A stretch of 64,000 nt of DNA from the NCBI GenBank assembly GCA_032718475.1, contig JAUCBJ010008953.1:46108-110107 (forward strand), given 5' to 3'. The DNA is from Nemertoderma westbladi. Taxonomy: Eukaryota > Animalia > Xenacoelomorpha. Within the stretch, counting starts at the first letter, position 1; every line of letters starts with the position of its first letter. The notes below the pieces were generated by a model that did not search any database, was not told where the DNA came from, and saw nothing but the letters and a program-made list of their open reading frames with translations. The translations under genes and the position numbers were made by a program. This document shows positions 27,935-42,670 of the stretch, piece by piece.

Positions 27935-28552
27935 AAGCATGTTGAGTCAACATGTCGAGTCAACATTGTTGACTTGCCTCAAGTTTACCGGAAGTCGATT
28001 TCTTAATAGATTTTGGTGATGACCAAGTTCTGGTACGCTTATTGAAATGAATGAGCTGTTCTTAGGTTCATCTGAACCGCATTAATCGATTTAGTGGGGG
28101 TAGCTAGGGGAGCAACAAAAGTAATTTGAATAGTCCAATTCCGGATATGAATATCCGGAATTCTCGATTATTTACCCTGCATTACGAGCATAGGACTACC
28201 CGATCCTGTAATAATTATAGACATTATTACAGGCCAATTAAAGGTTTGAGCTCAACGATACTGATATACAGTAGATTAGATAGGTTACACCAATTTCATG
28301 CGATCTATGAATACCACGTCCCACCCTGTAGTGCTGTAGTAATACCATGCATTGCGTTGGTATACCCTAGTAATTCTTACTATATTCGTTTATCATACAG
28401 TTCAGTGGTTAATTGTTTGTTGTAGATCTGTGTGATTTAAAAAGTAAGATAAAATGTCAATTTAACGTTTAAAGCTTAAAATTCATTCTCGGAATCAAAT
28501 TCTGTAGACTAAGTACATAAAATAAAAATCTTAAAAATAAAAATAAATAAAA

Positions 28553-31500
28553 ATCAACCCATGTGACTCTCACATTATTGGTTTCTCACTTTATCTGATA
28601 TCAACCCAAGTGACTCACATTATTGATTACTCACTTTATCTGATATCAACCCATGTGACTCACATTACTGATTACTCACTTTATCGGATATCAACCCATG
28701 TCACTCACATTATTGATTACTCACTTTATCTGATATCAACCCATGTGACTCACATTACTGATTACTCACTTTATCGGATATCAACCCAAGTGACTCACAT
28801 TATTGATTACTCACTTTATCTGATATCAACCCATGTGACTCACATTATTGATTACTCACTTTATCTGATATCAACCCATGTGACTCACATTACTGATTAC
28901 TCACTTTATCGGATATCAACCCAAGTGACTCACATTAGTGATTACTCACTTTATCTGATATCAACCCATGTGACTCACATTATTGATTACTCACTTTATC
29001 TGACATCAACCCAAGTGACTCACATTATTGATTACTCACTTTATCTGATATCAACCCAAGTGACTCACATTATTGATTACTCACTTTATCTGATATCAAC
29101 CCATGTGACTCACATTACTGATTACTCACTTTATCGGATATCAACCCATGTGACTCACATTATTGATTACTCACTTTATCTGATATCAACCCAAGTGACT
29201 CATATTATTGATTACTCACTTTATCTGACATCAACCCAAGTGACTCACATTATTGATTACTCACTTTATCTGATATCAACCCAAGTGACTCACATTATTG
29301 ATTACTCACTTTATCTGATATCAACCCATGTGAATCACATTACTGATTACTCACTTTATCGGATATCAACCCAAGTGACTCACATTATTGATTACTCACT
29401 TTATCTGATATCAACCCATGTGACTCACATTATTGATTACTCACTTTATCGGATATCAACCCAAGTGACTCACATTATTGATTACTCACTTTATCTGATA
29501 TCAACCCATGTGAATCACATTACTGATTACTCACTTTATCGGATATCAACCCAAGTGACTCACATTATTGATTACTCACTTTATCTGATATCAACCCAAG
29601 TGACTCACACATTATTGATTACTCACTTTATCCGATATCAACCCAAGTGACTCACACATTATTGATTACTCACTTTATCTGATATCAACCCAAGTGACTC
29701 ACACATTATTGATTACTCACTTTATCTGATATCAACCCAAGTGACTCACACATTATTGATTACTCACTTTATCTGATATCAACCCAAGTGACTCACACAT
29801 TATTGATTACTCACTTTATCTGATATCAACCCAAGTGACTCACACATTATTGATTACTCACTTTATCTGATATCAACCCAAGTAACTCACACATTATTGA
29901 TTACTCACTTTATCGGATATCAACCAAAGTGACTCACACATTATTGATTACTCACTTTATCTGATATCAACCCAAGTGACTCACATTATTGATTATTCAC
30001 TTTATCTGATATCAACCCAAGTGACTCACACATTATTGATTACTCACTTTATCTGACATCAACCCATGTGACTCACATTATTGATTACTCACTTTATCTG
30101 ATATCAACCCAAGTGACTCACATTATTGATTACTCACTTTATCTGATATCAACCCATGTGACTCACATTATTGATTACTCACTTTATCTGATATCAACCC
30201 AAGTGACTCACACATTATTGATTACTCACTTTATCTGATATCAACCCATGTGACTCACATTATTGATTACTCACTTTATCTGATATCAACCCAAGTGACT
30301 CACCTTATTGATTACTCACTTTATCTGATATCAACCCAAGTAACTCACATTATTGATTACTCACTTTATCTGATATCAACCCAAGTGACTCACACATTAT
30401 TGATTACTCACTTTATCTGATATCAACCCAAGTGACTCACACATTATTGATTACTCACTCACTTTATCGGATATCAACCCAAGTGACTCATATTATTGAT
30501 TACTCACTTTATCTGATATCAACCCAAGTGACTCACACATTATTGATTAATCACTTTATCTGATATCAACCCAAGTGACTCACATTATTGATTACTCACT
30601 TTATCTGATATCAACCCAAGTGACTCACACATTATTGATTACTCACATTATCTGATATCAACCCAAGTGACTCACATTATCGATTACTCACTTTATCGGA
30701 TATCAACCCATGTGACTCACATTATTGATTACTCACTTTATCTGATATCAACCCATGTGACTCACATTATTGATTACTCCCTTTATCTGACATCAACCCA
30801 TGTGACTCACATTATTGATTACTCACTTTATCTGATATCAACCCAAGTGACTCACACATTATTGATTACTCACTTTATCTGATATCAACCCAAGTGACTC
30901 ACACATTATTGATTACTCACTTTATCGGATATCAACCCAAGTGACTCACACATTATTGATTACTCACTTTATCTGATATCAACCCATGTGACTCACAATA
31001 TTGATTACTCACTTTATCTGATATCAACCCAAGTGACTCACATTATTGATTACTCACTTTATCTGATATCAACCCATGTGACTCACATTATTGATTACTC
31101 ACTTTATCTGATATCAACCCAAGTGACTCACACATTATTGATTACTCACTTTATCTGATATCAACCCAAGTGACTCACACATTATTGATTACTCACTTTA
31201 TCGGATATCAACCCAAGTGACTCACACATTATTGATTACTCACTTTATCTGATATCAACCCATGTGACTCTCACATTATTGATTACTCACTTTATCGGAT
31301 ATCAACCCATGTGACTCACATTATTGATTACTCACTTTATCGGATATCAACCCATGTGACTCACATTATTGATTACTCACTTTATCTGATATCAACCCAA
31401 GTGACTCACACATTATTGATTACTCACTTTATCTGATATCAACCCAAGTGACTCACACATTATTGATTACTCACTTTATCGGATATCAACCCAAGTGACT

Positions 31501-34500
31501 CATATTATTGATTACTCACTTTATCTGATATCAACCCAAGTGACTCACACATTATTGATTACTCACTTTATCTGATATCAACCCAAGTGACTCACACATT
31601 ATTGATTACTCACTTTATCGGATATCAACCCTAAGTGACTCAAATTATTGATTACTCCCTTTATCTGACATCAACCCAAGTGACTCACATTATTGATTAC
31701 TCACTTTATCTGACATCAACCCAAGTGACTCACATTATTGATTACTCACTTTATCTGATATCAACCCAAGTGACTCACACATTATTGATTACTCACTTTA
31801 TCGGATATCAACCCAAGTGACTCATATTATTGATTACTCACTTTATCTGACATCAACCCATGTGACTCACATTATTGATTACTCACTTTATCTGATATCA
31901 ACCCAAGTGACTCACATTATTGATTACTCACTTTATCTGATATCAACCCATGTGACTCGCATTATTGATTACTCACTTTATCTGATATCAACCCATGTGA
32001 CTCACATTATTGATTACTCACTTTATCTGATATCAACCCAAGTGACTCACACATTATTGATTACTCACTTTATCTGATATCAACCCAAGTGAGTCTCACA
32101 TTATTGATTAATCACTTTATCTGATATCAACCCATGTGACTCACATTATTGATTACTCACTTTATCTGATATCAACCCAAGTGACTCACACATTATTGAT
32201 TACTCACTTTATCTGATATCAACCAATGTGACTCAGATTATTGATTACTCACTTTATCTGATATCAACCCAAGTGACTCACACATTATTGATTACTCACT
32301 TTATCTGATATCAACCCAAGTGACTCACACATTATTGATTACTCACTTTATCGGATATCAACCCAAGTGACTCATATTATTGATTACTCACTTTATCTGA
32401 TATCAACCCAAGTGACTCACATTATTGATTACTCACTTTATCTGATATCAACCCAAGTGACTCACACATTATTGATTACTCACTTTATCTGATATCAACC
32501 CAAGTGACTCACATTATTGATTACTCACTTTATCTGATATCAACCCAAGTGACTCACACATTATTGATTACTCACTTTATCTGATATCAACCCAAGTGAC
32601 TCACATTATTGATTACTCACTTTATCGGATATCAACCCATGTGACTCACATTATTGATTACTCACTTTATCTGACATCAACCCAAGTGACTCACATTATT
32701 GATTACTCACTTTATCTGATATCAACCCAAATGACTCACATTATTGATTACTCACTTTATCTGATATCAACCCAAGTGACTCACATTATTGATTACTCAC
32801 ATTATTGATTACTCACTTTATCTGATATCAACCCAAGTGACTCACATTATTGATTACTCACTTTATCTGATATCAACCCAAGTGACTCACATTATTGATT
32901 ACTCACATTATTGATTACTCACTTTATCTGATATCAACCCAAGTGACTCACATTATTGATTACTCACTTTATCTGATATCAACCCAAGTGACTCACACAT
33001 TATTGATTACTCACTTTATCTGATATCAACCCAAGTGAGTCTCACATTATTGATTAATCACTTTATCTGATATCAACCCATGTGACTCACATTATTGATT
33101 ACTCACTTTATCTGATATCAACCCAAGTGACTCACATTATTGATTACTCACTTTATCTGATATCAACCCATGTGACTCACATTATTGATTACTCACTTTA
33201 TCTGACATCAACCCATGTGACTCACATTATTGATTACTCACTTTATCTGACATCAACCCAAGTGACTCACATTATTGATTACTCACTTTATCTGATATCA
33301 ACCCATGTGACTCACATTATTGATTACTCACTTTATCTGACATCAACCCATGTGACTCACATTATTGATTACTCACTTTATCTGACATCAACCCAAGTGA
33401 CTCACATTATTGATTACTCACTTTATCTGATATCAACCCATGTGACTCACATTATTGATTACTCCTTTATCTGATATCAACCCAAGTGACTCACATTATT
33501 GATTACTCACTTTATCTGATATCAACCCATGTGACTCACATTATTGATTACTCACTTTATCTGACATCAACCCATGTGACTCACATTATTGATTACTCAC
33601 TTTATCTGACATCAACCCAAGTGACTCACATTATTGATTACTCACTTTATCGGATATCAACCCATGTGACTCACATTATTGATTACTCACTTTATCTGAT
33701 ATCAACCCAAGTGACTCACATTATTGATTACTCACTTTATCTGACATCAACCCAAGTGACTCACATTATTGATTACTCACTTTATCTGATATCAACCCAA
33801 GTGACTCACACATTATTGATTACTCACTTTATCTGATATCAACCCAAGTGACTCACATTATTGATTACTCACTTTATCTGATATCAACCCATGTGACTCA
33901 CATTATTGATTACTCACTTTATCTGACATCAACCCATGTGACTCACATTATTGATTACTCACTTTATCTGACATCAACCCAAGTGACTCACATTATTGAT
34001 TACTCACTTTATCTGACATCAACCCATGTGACTCACATTATTGATTACTCACTTTATCTGATATCAACCCAAGTGACTCACATTATTGATTACTCACTTT
34101 ATCTGATATCAACCCAAGTGACTCACATTATTGATTACTCACTTTATCTGATATCAACCCAAGTGACTCACACATTATTGATTACTCACTTTATCTGATA
34201 TCAACCCAAGTGACTCACATTATTGATTACTCACTTTATCTGATATCAACCCATGTGACTCACATTATTGATTACTCACTTTATCTGACATCAACCCATG
34301 TGACTCACATTATTGATTACTCACTTTATCTGACATCAACCCAAGTGACTCACATTATTGATTACTCACTTTATCTGACATCAACCCATGTGACTCACAT
34401 TATTGATTACTCACTTTATCTGATATCAACCCATGTGACTCATATTATTGATTACTCACTTTATCTGATATCAACCCAAGTGACTCACATTATTGATTAC

Positions 34501-37500
34501 TCACTTTATCTGACATCAACCCATGTGACTCACATTATTGATTACTCACTTTATCTGATATCAACACAAGTGACTCACATTATTGATTACTCACTTTATC
34601 TGACATCAACCCATGTGACTCACATTATTGATTACTCACTTTATCTGATATCAACCCAAGTGACTCACATTATTGATTACTCACTTTATCGGATATCAAC
34701 CCAAGTGACTCACATTATTGATTACTCACTTTATCTGATATCAACCCAAGTGAGTCTCACATTATTGATTACTCACTTTATCTGATATCAACCCAAGTGA
34801 CTCACATTATTGATTACTCACTTTATCTGATATCAACCCAAGTGACTCACATTATTGATTACTCACTTTATCGGATATCAACCCAAGTGACTCACATTAT
34901 TGATTACTCACTTTATCGGATATCAACCCATGTGACTCACATTATTGATTACTCACTTTATCTGATATCAACCCAAGTGACTCACATTATTGATTACTCA
35001 CTTTATCTGATATCAACACAAGTGACTCACATTATTGATTACTCACTTTATCTGACATCAACCCATGTGACTCACATTATTGATTACTCACTTTATCTGA
35101 CATCAACCCAAGTGACTCACATTATTGATTACTCACTTTATCTGATATCAACCCATGTGACTCGCATTATTGATTACTCACTTTATCTGATATCAACCCA
35201 AGTGACTCACATTATTGATTACTCACTTTATCGGATATCAACCCAAGTGACTCACATTATTGATTACTCACTTTATCTGATATCAACCCAAGTGAGTCTC
35301 ACATTATTGATTACTCACTTTATCTGATATCAACCCAAGTGACTCACATTATTGATTACTCACTTTATCTGATATCAACCCAAGTGACTCACATTATTGA
35401 TTACTCACTTTATCGGATATCAACCCAAGTGACTCACATTATTGATTACTCACTTTATCGGATATCAACCCATGTGACTCACATTATTGATTACTCACTT
35501 TATCTGATATCAACCCAAGTGACTCACATTATTGATTACTCACTTTATCTGACATCAACCCAAGTGACTCACATTATTGATTACTCACTTTATCTGATAT
35601 CAACCCAAGTGACTCACATTATTGATTACTCACTTTATCGGATATCAACCCAAGTGACTCACATTATTGATTACTCACTTTATCTGATATCAACCCAAGT
35701 GAGTCTCACATTATTGATTACTCACTTTATCTGATATCAACCCATGTGACTCACATTATTGATTACTCACTTTATCTGATATCAACCCAAGTGACTCACA
35801 CATTATTGATTACTCACTTTATCTGATATCAACCCATGTGACTCACATTATTGATTACTCACTTTATCTGATATCAACCCAAGTGACTCACACATTATTG
35901 ATTACTCACTTTATCTGATATCAACCCATGTGACTCACATTATTGATTACTCACTTTATCTGACATCAACCCATGTGACTCACATTATTGATTACTCACT
36001 TTATCTGACATCAACCCATGTGACTCACATTATTGATTACTCACTTTATCTGACATCAACCCATGTGACTCACATTATTGATTACTCACATTATTGATTA
36101 CTCACTTTATCTGATATCAACCCAAGTGACTCACATTATTGATTACTCACTTTATCTGATATCAACCCAAGTGACTCACATTATTGATTACTCACTTTAT
36201 CTGATATCAACCCATGTGACTCGCATTATTGATTACTCACTTTATCTGATATCAACACAAGTGACTCACATTATTGATTACTCACTTTATCTGACATCAA
36301 CCCATGTGACTCACATTATTGATTACTCACTTTATCTGATATCAACACAAGTGACTCACACATTATTGATTACTCACTTTATCTGATATCAACCCAAGTG
36401 ACTCACACATTATTGATTACTCACTTTATCTGATATCAACCCATGTGACTCACATTATTGATTACTCACTTTATCTGACATCAACCCATGTGACTCACAT
36501 TATTGATTACTCACTTTATCTGACATCAACCCATGTGACTCACATTATTGATTACTCACTTTATCTGACATCAACCCATGTGACTCACATTATTGATTAC
36601 TCACATTATTGATTACTCACTTTATCTGATATCAACCCAAGTGACTCACATTATTGATTACTCACTTTATCTGATATCAACCCATGTGACTCGCATTATT
36701 GATTACTCACTTTATCTGATATCAACACAAGTGACTCACATTATTGATTACTCACTTTATCTGACATCAACCCATGTGACTCACATTATTGATTACTCAC
36801 TTTATCTGATATCAACACAAGTGACTCACATTATTGATTACTCACTTTATCTGATATCAACACAAGTGACTCACATTATTGATTACTCACTTTATCGGAT
36901 ATCAACCCAAGTGACTCACATTATTGATTACTCACTTTATCTGATATCAACCCAAGTGAGTCTCACATTATTGATTACTCACTTTATCTGATATCAACCC
37001 ATGTGACTCACATTATTGATTACTCACTTTATCTGATATCAACCCAAGTGACTCACACATTATTGATTACTCACTTTATCTGATATCAACCCATGTGACT
37101 CACATTATTGATTACTCACTTTATCTGATATCAACCCAAGTGACTCACACATTATTGATTACTCACTTTATCTGATATCAACCCATGTGACTCACATTAT
37201 TGATTACTCACTTTATCTGACATCAACCCATGTGACTCACATTATTGATTACTCACTTTATCTGACATCAACCCATGTGACTCACATTATTGATTACTCA
37301 CTTTATCTGACATCAACCCATGTGACTCACATTATTGATTACTCACATTATTGATTACTCACTTTATCTGATATCAACCCAAGTGACTCACATTATTGAT
37401 TACTCACTTTATCTGATATCAACCCATGTGACTCGCATTATTGATTACTCACTTTATCTGATATCAACACAAGTGACTCACATTATTGATTACTCACTTT

Positions 37501-40500
37501 ATCTGACATCAACCCATGTGACTCACATTATTGATTACTCACTTTATCTGATATCAACACAAGTGACTCACATTATTGATTACTCACTTTATCTGATATC
37601 AACACAAGTGACTCACATTATTGATTACTCACTTTATCTGACATCAACCCATGTGACTCACATTATTGATTACTCACTTTATCTGACATCAACCCAAGTG
37701 ACTCACATTATTGATTACTCACTTTATCTGATATCAACCCATGTGACTCGCATTATTGATTACTCACTTTATCTGATATCAACCCAAGTGACTCACATTA
37801 TTGATTACTCACTTTATCTGACATCAACCCAAGTGACTCACATTATTGATTACTCACTTTATCTGACATCAACCCATGTGACTCACATTATTGATTACTC
37901 ACTTTATCTGATATCAACACAAGTGACTCACATTATTGATTACTCACTTTATCTGACATCAACCCATGTGACTCACATTATTGATTACTCACTTTATCTG
38001 ACATCAACCCAAGTGACTCACATTATTGATTACTCACTTTATCTGATATCAACCCATGTGACTCGCATTATTGATTACTCACTTTATCTGATATCAACCC
38101 AAGTGACTCACATTATTGATTACTCACTTTATCTGACATCAACCCAAGTGACTCACATTATTGATTACTCACTTTATCTGATATCAACCCATGTGACTCG
38201 CATTATTGATTACTCACTTTATCTGATATCAACACAAGTGACTCACATTATTGATTACTCACTTTATCTGACATCAACCCATGTGACTCACATTATTGAT
38301 TACTCACTTTATCTGACATCAACCCATGTGACTCACATTATTGATTACTCACTTTATCTGACATCAACCCATGTGACTCACATTATTGATTACTCACATT
38401 ATTGATTACTCACTTTATCTGATATCAACCCAAGTGACTCACATTATTGATTACTCACTTTATCTGATATCAACCCAAGTGACTCACATTATTGATTACT
38501 CACTTTATCTGATATCAACCCATGTGACTCGCATTATTGATTACTCACTTTATCTGATATCAACACAAGTGACTCACATTATTGATTACTCACTTTATCT
38601 GACATCAACCCATGTGACTCACATTATTGATTACTCACTTTATCTGATATCAACACAAGTGACTCACACATTATTGATTACTCACTTTATCTGATATCAA
38701 CCCAAGTGACTCACACATTATTGATTACTCACTTTATCTGATATCAACCCATGTGACTCACATTATTGATTACTCACTTTATCTGACATCAACCCATGTG
38801 ACTCACATTATTGATTACTCACTTTATCTGACATCAACCCATGTGACTCACATTATTGATTACTCACTTTATCTGACATCAACCCATGTGACTCACATTA
38901 TTGATTACTCACATTATTGATTACTCACTTTATCTGATATCAACCCAAGTGACTCACATTATTGATTACTCACTTTATCTGATATCAACCCATGTGACTC
39001 GCATTATTGATTACTCACTTTATCTGATATCAACACAAGTGACTCACATTATTGATTACTCACTTTATCTGACATCAACCCATGTGACTCACATTATTGA
39101 TTACTCACTTTATCTGATATCAACACAAGTGACTCACATTATTGATTACTCACTTTATCTGATATCAACACAAGTGACTCACATTATTGATTACTCACTT
39201 TATCGGATATCAACCCAAGTGACTCACATTATTGATTACTCACTTTATCTGATATCAACCCAAGTGAGTCTCACATTATTGATTACTCACTTTATCTGAT
39301 ATCAACCCATGTGACTCACATTATTGATTACTCACTTTATCTGATATCAACCCAAGTGACTCACACATTATTGATTACTCACTTTATCTGATATCAACCC
39401 ATGTGACTCACATTATTGATTACTCACTTTATCTGATATCAACCCAAGTGACTCACACATTATTGATTACTCACTTTATCTGATATCAACCCATGTGACT
39501 CACATTATTGATTACTCACTTTATCTGACATCAACCCATGTGACTCACATTATTGATTACTCACTTTATCTGACATCAACCCATGTGACTCACATTATTG
39601 ATTACTCACTTTATCTGACATCAACCCATGTGACTCACATTATTGATTACTCACATTATTGATTACTCACTTTATCTGATATCAACCCAAGTGACTCACA
39701 TTATTGATTACTCACTTTATCTGATATCAACCCATGTGACTCGCATTATTGATTACTCACTTTATCTGATATCAACACAAGTGACTCACATTATTGATTA
39801 CTCACTTTATCTGACATCAACCCATGTGACTCACATTATTGATTACTCACTTTATCTGATATCAACACAAGTGACTCACATTATTGATTACTCACTTTAT
39901 CTGATATCAACACAAGTGACTCACATTATTGATTACTCACTTTATCTGACATCAACCCATGTGACTCACATTATTGATTACTCACTTTATCTGACATCAA
40001 CCCAAGTGACTCACATTATTGATTACTCACTTTATCTGATATCAACCCATGTGACTCGCATTATTGATTACTCACTTTATCTGATATCAACCCAAGTGAC
40101 TCACATTATTGATTACTCACTTTATCTGACATCAACCCAAGTGACTCACATTATTGATTACTCACTTTATCTGACATCAACCCATGTGACTCACATTATT
40201 GATTACTCACTTTATCTGATATCAACACAAGTGACTCACATTATTGATTACTCACTTTATCTGACATCAACCCATGTGACTCACATTATTGATTACTCAC
40301 TTTATCTGACATCAACCCAAGTGACTCACATTATTGATTACTCACTTTATCTGATATCAACCCATGTGACTCGCATTATTGATTACTCACTTTATCTGAT
40401 ATCAACCCAAGTGACTCACATTATTGATTACTCACTTTATCTGACATCAACCCAAGTGACTCACATTATTGATTACTCACTTTATCTGATATCAACCCAT

Positions 40501-42454
40501 GTGACTCGCATTATTGATTACTCACTTTATCTGATATCAACACAAGTGACTCACATTATTGATTACTCACTTTATCTGACATCAACCCATGTGACTCACA
40601 TTATTGATTACTCACTTTATCTGACATCAACCCAAGTGACTGACATTATTGATTACTCACTTTATCTGATATCAACCCATGTGACTCACATTATTGATTA
40701 CTCACTTTATCGGATATCAACCCAAGTGACTCACATTATTGATTACTCACTTTATCGGATATCAACCCAAGTGACTCACATTATTGATTACTCACTTTAT
40801 CTGATATCAACCCAAGTGACTCACATTATTGATTACTCACTTTATCGGATATCAACCCATGTGACTCACATTATTGATTACTCACTTTATCTGACATCAA
40901 CCCAAGTGACTCACATTATTGATTACTCACTTTATCTGATATCAACCCAAGTGACTCACATTATTGATTACTCACTTTATCTGACATCAACCCAAGTGAC
41001 TCACATTATTGATTACTCACTTTATCTGATATCAACCCATGTGACTCGCATTATTGATTACTCACTTTATCTGATATCAACACAAGTGACTCACATTATT
41101 GATTACTCACTTTATCTGACATCAACCCAAGTGACTCACATTATTGATTACTCACTTTATCTGATATCAACCCATGTGACTCACATTATTGATTACTCAC
41201 TTTATCGGATATCAACCCAAGTGACTCACATTATTGATTACTCACTTTATCTGATATCAACCCAAGTGACTCACATTATTGATTACTCACTTTATCTGAT
41301 ATCAACCCAAGTGAGTCTCACATTATTGATTACTCACTTTATCTGATATCAACCCAAGTGACTCACATTATTGATTACTCACTTTATCGGATATCAACCC
41401 ATGTGACTCACATTATTGATTACTCACTTTATCTGATATCAACCCAAGTGACTCACATTATTGATTACTCACTTTATCGGATATCAACCCAAGTGACTCA
41501 CATTATTGATTACTCACTTTATCTGATATCAACCCAAGTGAGTCTCACATTATTGATTACTCACTTTATCTGATATCAACCCAAGTGACTCACACATTAT
41601 TGATTACTCACTTTATCTGATATCAACCCATGTGACTCACATTATTGATTACTCACTTTATCTGATATCAACCCAAGTGACTCACACATTATTGATTACT
41701 CACTTTATCTGATATCAACCCATGTGACTCACATTATTGATTACTCACATTATTGATTACTCACTTTATCTGATATCAACCCAAGTGACTCACATTATTG
41801 ATTACTCACTTTATCTGATATCAACCCATGTGACTCACATTATTGATTACTCACTTTATCTGATATCAACCCAAGTGACTCACACATTATTGATTACTCA
41901 CTTTATCTGATATCAACCCATGTGACTCACATTATTGATTACTCACTTTATCTGATATCAACCCAAGTGACTCACACATTATTGATTACTCACTTTATCT
42001 GATATCAACCCAAGTGACTCACATTATTGATTACTCACTTTATCTGATATCAACCCAAGTGACTCACACATTATTGATTACTCACTTTATCTGATATCAA
42101 CCCAAGTGACTCACATTATTGATTACTCACTTTATCTGATATCAACCCAAGTGACTCACACATTATTGATTACTCACTTTATCTGATATCAACCCAAGTG
42201 ACTCACATTATTGATTACTCACTTTATCTGATATCAACCCAAGTGACTCACATTATTGATTACTCACTTTATCTGATATCAACCCAAGTGACTCACATTA
42301 TTGATTACTCACTTTATCTGATATCAACCCAAGTGACTCCACATTATTGATTACTCACTTTATCTGATATCAACCCAAGTGACTCACATTATTGATTACT
42401 CACTTTATCTGATATCAACCCATGTGACTCTCACATTATTGGTTTCTCACTTTA
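28553..42454. repeat. 45-bp satellite, about 305 copies
   Basis: Unit tcaaccca(a/t)gtgactcacattattgattactcactttatctgata, with 47-bp and 18-bp partial variants; 15-aa periodic pseudo-ORFs. Confidence 0.98.
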
Positions 42455-42569
42455 ATGGAATCTTTCTTGTAGTGGATACTTATTACCTTATCAGATTATC
42501 ACAACATTGGATTTATCACCTTATTGGATTCTCGCTTGTATTGGATTATCGTCTCTATTGGACTCTCAC

Positions 42570-42670
42570 CTGTATTGGATGCGGCATTCCAGGCATTGTC
42601 CGTTTATTGTGTAGTTTATCTACGGCACAAAGGGCATCTTTCCTCTTATAAAACGTTACAAAACAGCAAC
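42570..42670 (-). CDS. CELF1/2: CELF1/2 exon, second half of RRM1 ([34 protein letters not shown])
   Basis: RNP1 GCCFVTF and LHN..PGM.HPIQ motifs. Acceptor ttacccccag, donor CAG|gtgaga, 101 nt, phase 1-0. Confidence 0.95.

Noticed and set aside
28137-28162. 12-bp hairpin aattccggatat/atatccggaatt between the satellites
   Set aside because: Isolated short palindrome with no supporting RNA-gene or element structure.
15303-42454. 34-45 bp repeat arrays as CRISPR arrays
   Set aside because: Units are head-to-tail with no unique spacers, there are no cas genes, and the context is a eukaryotic intron.
28610-42651. THIIDYSLYLIST repeat ORFs
   Set aside because: In-frame 45-bp satellite broken by random indels; no coding evidence.
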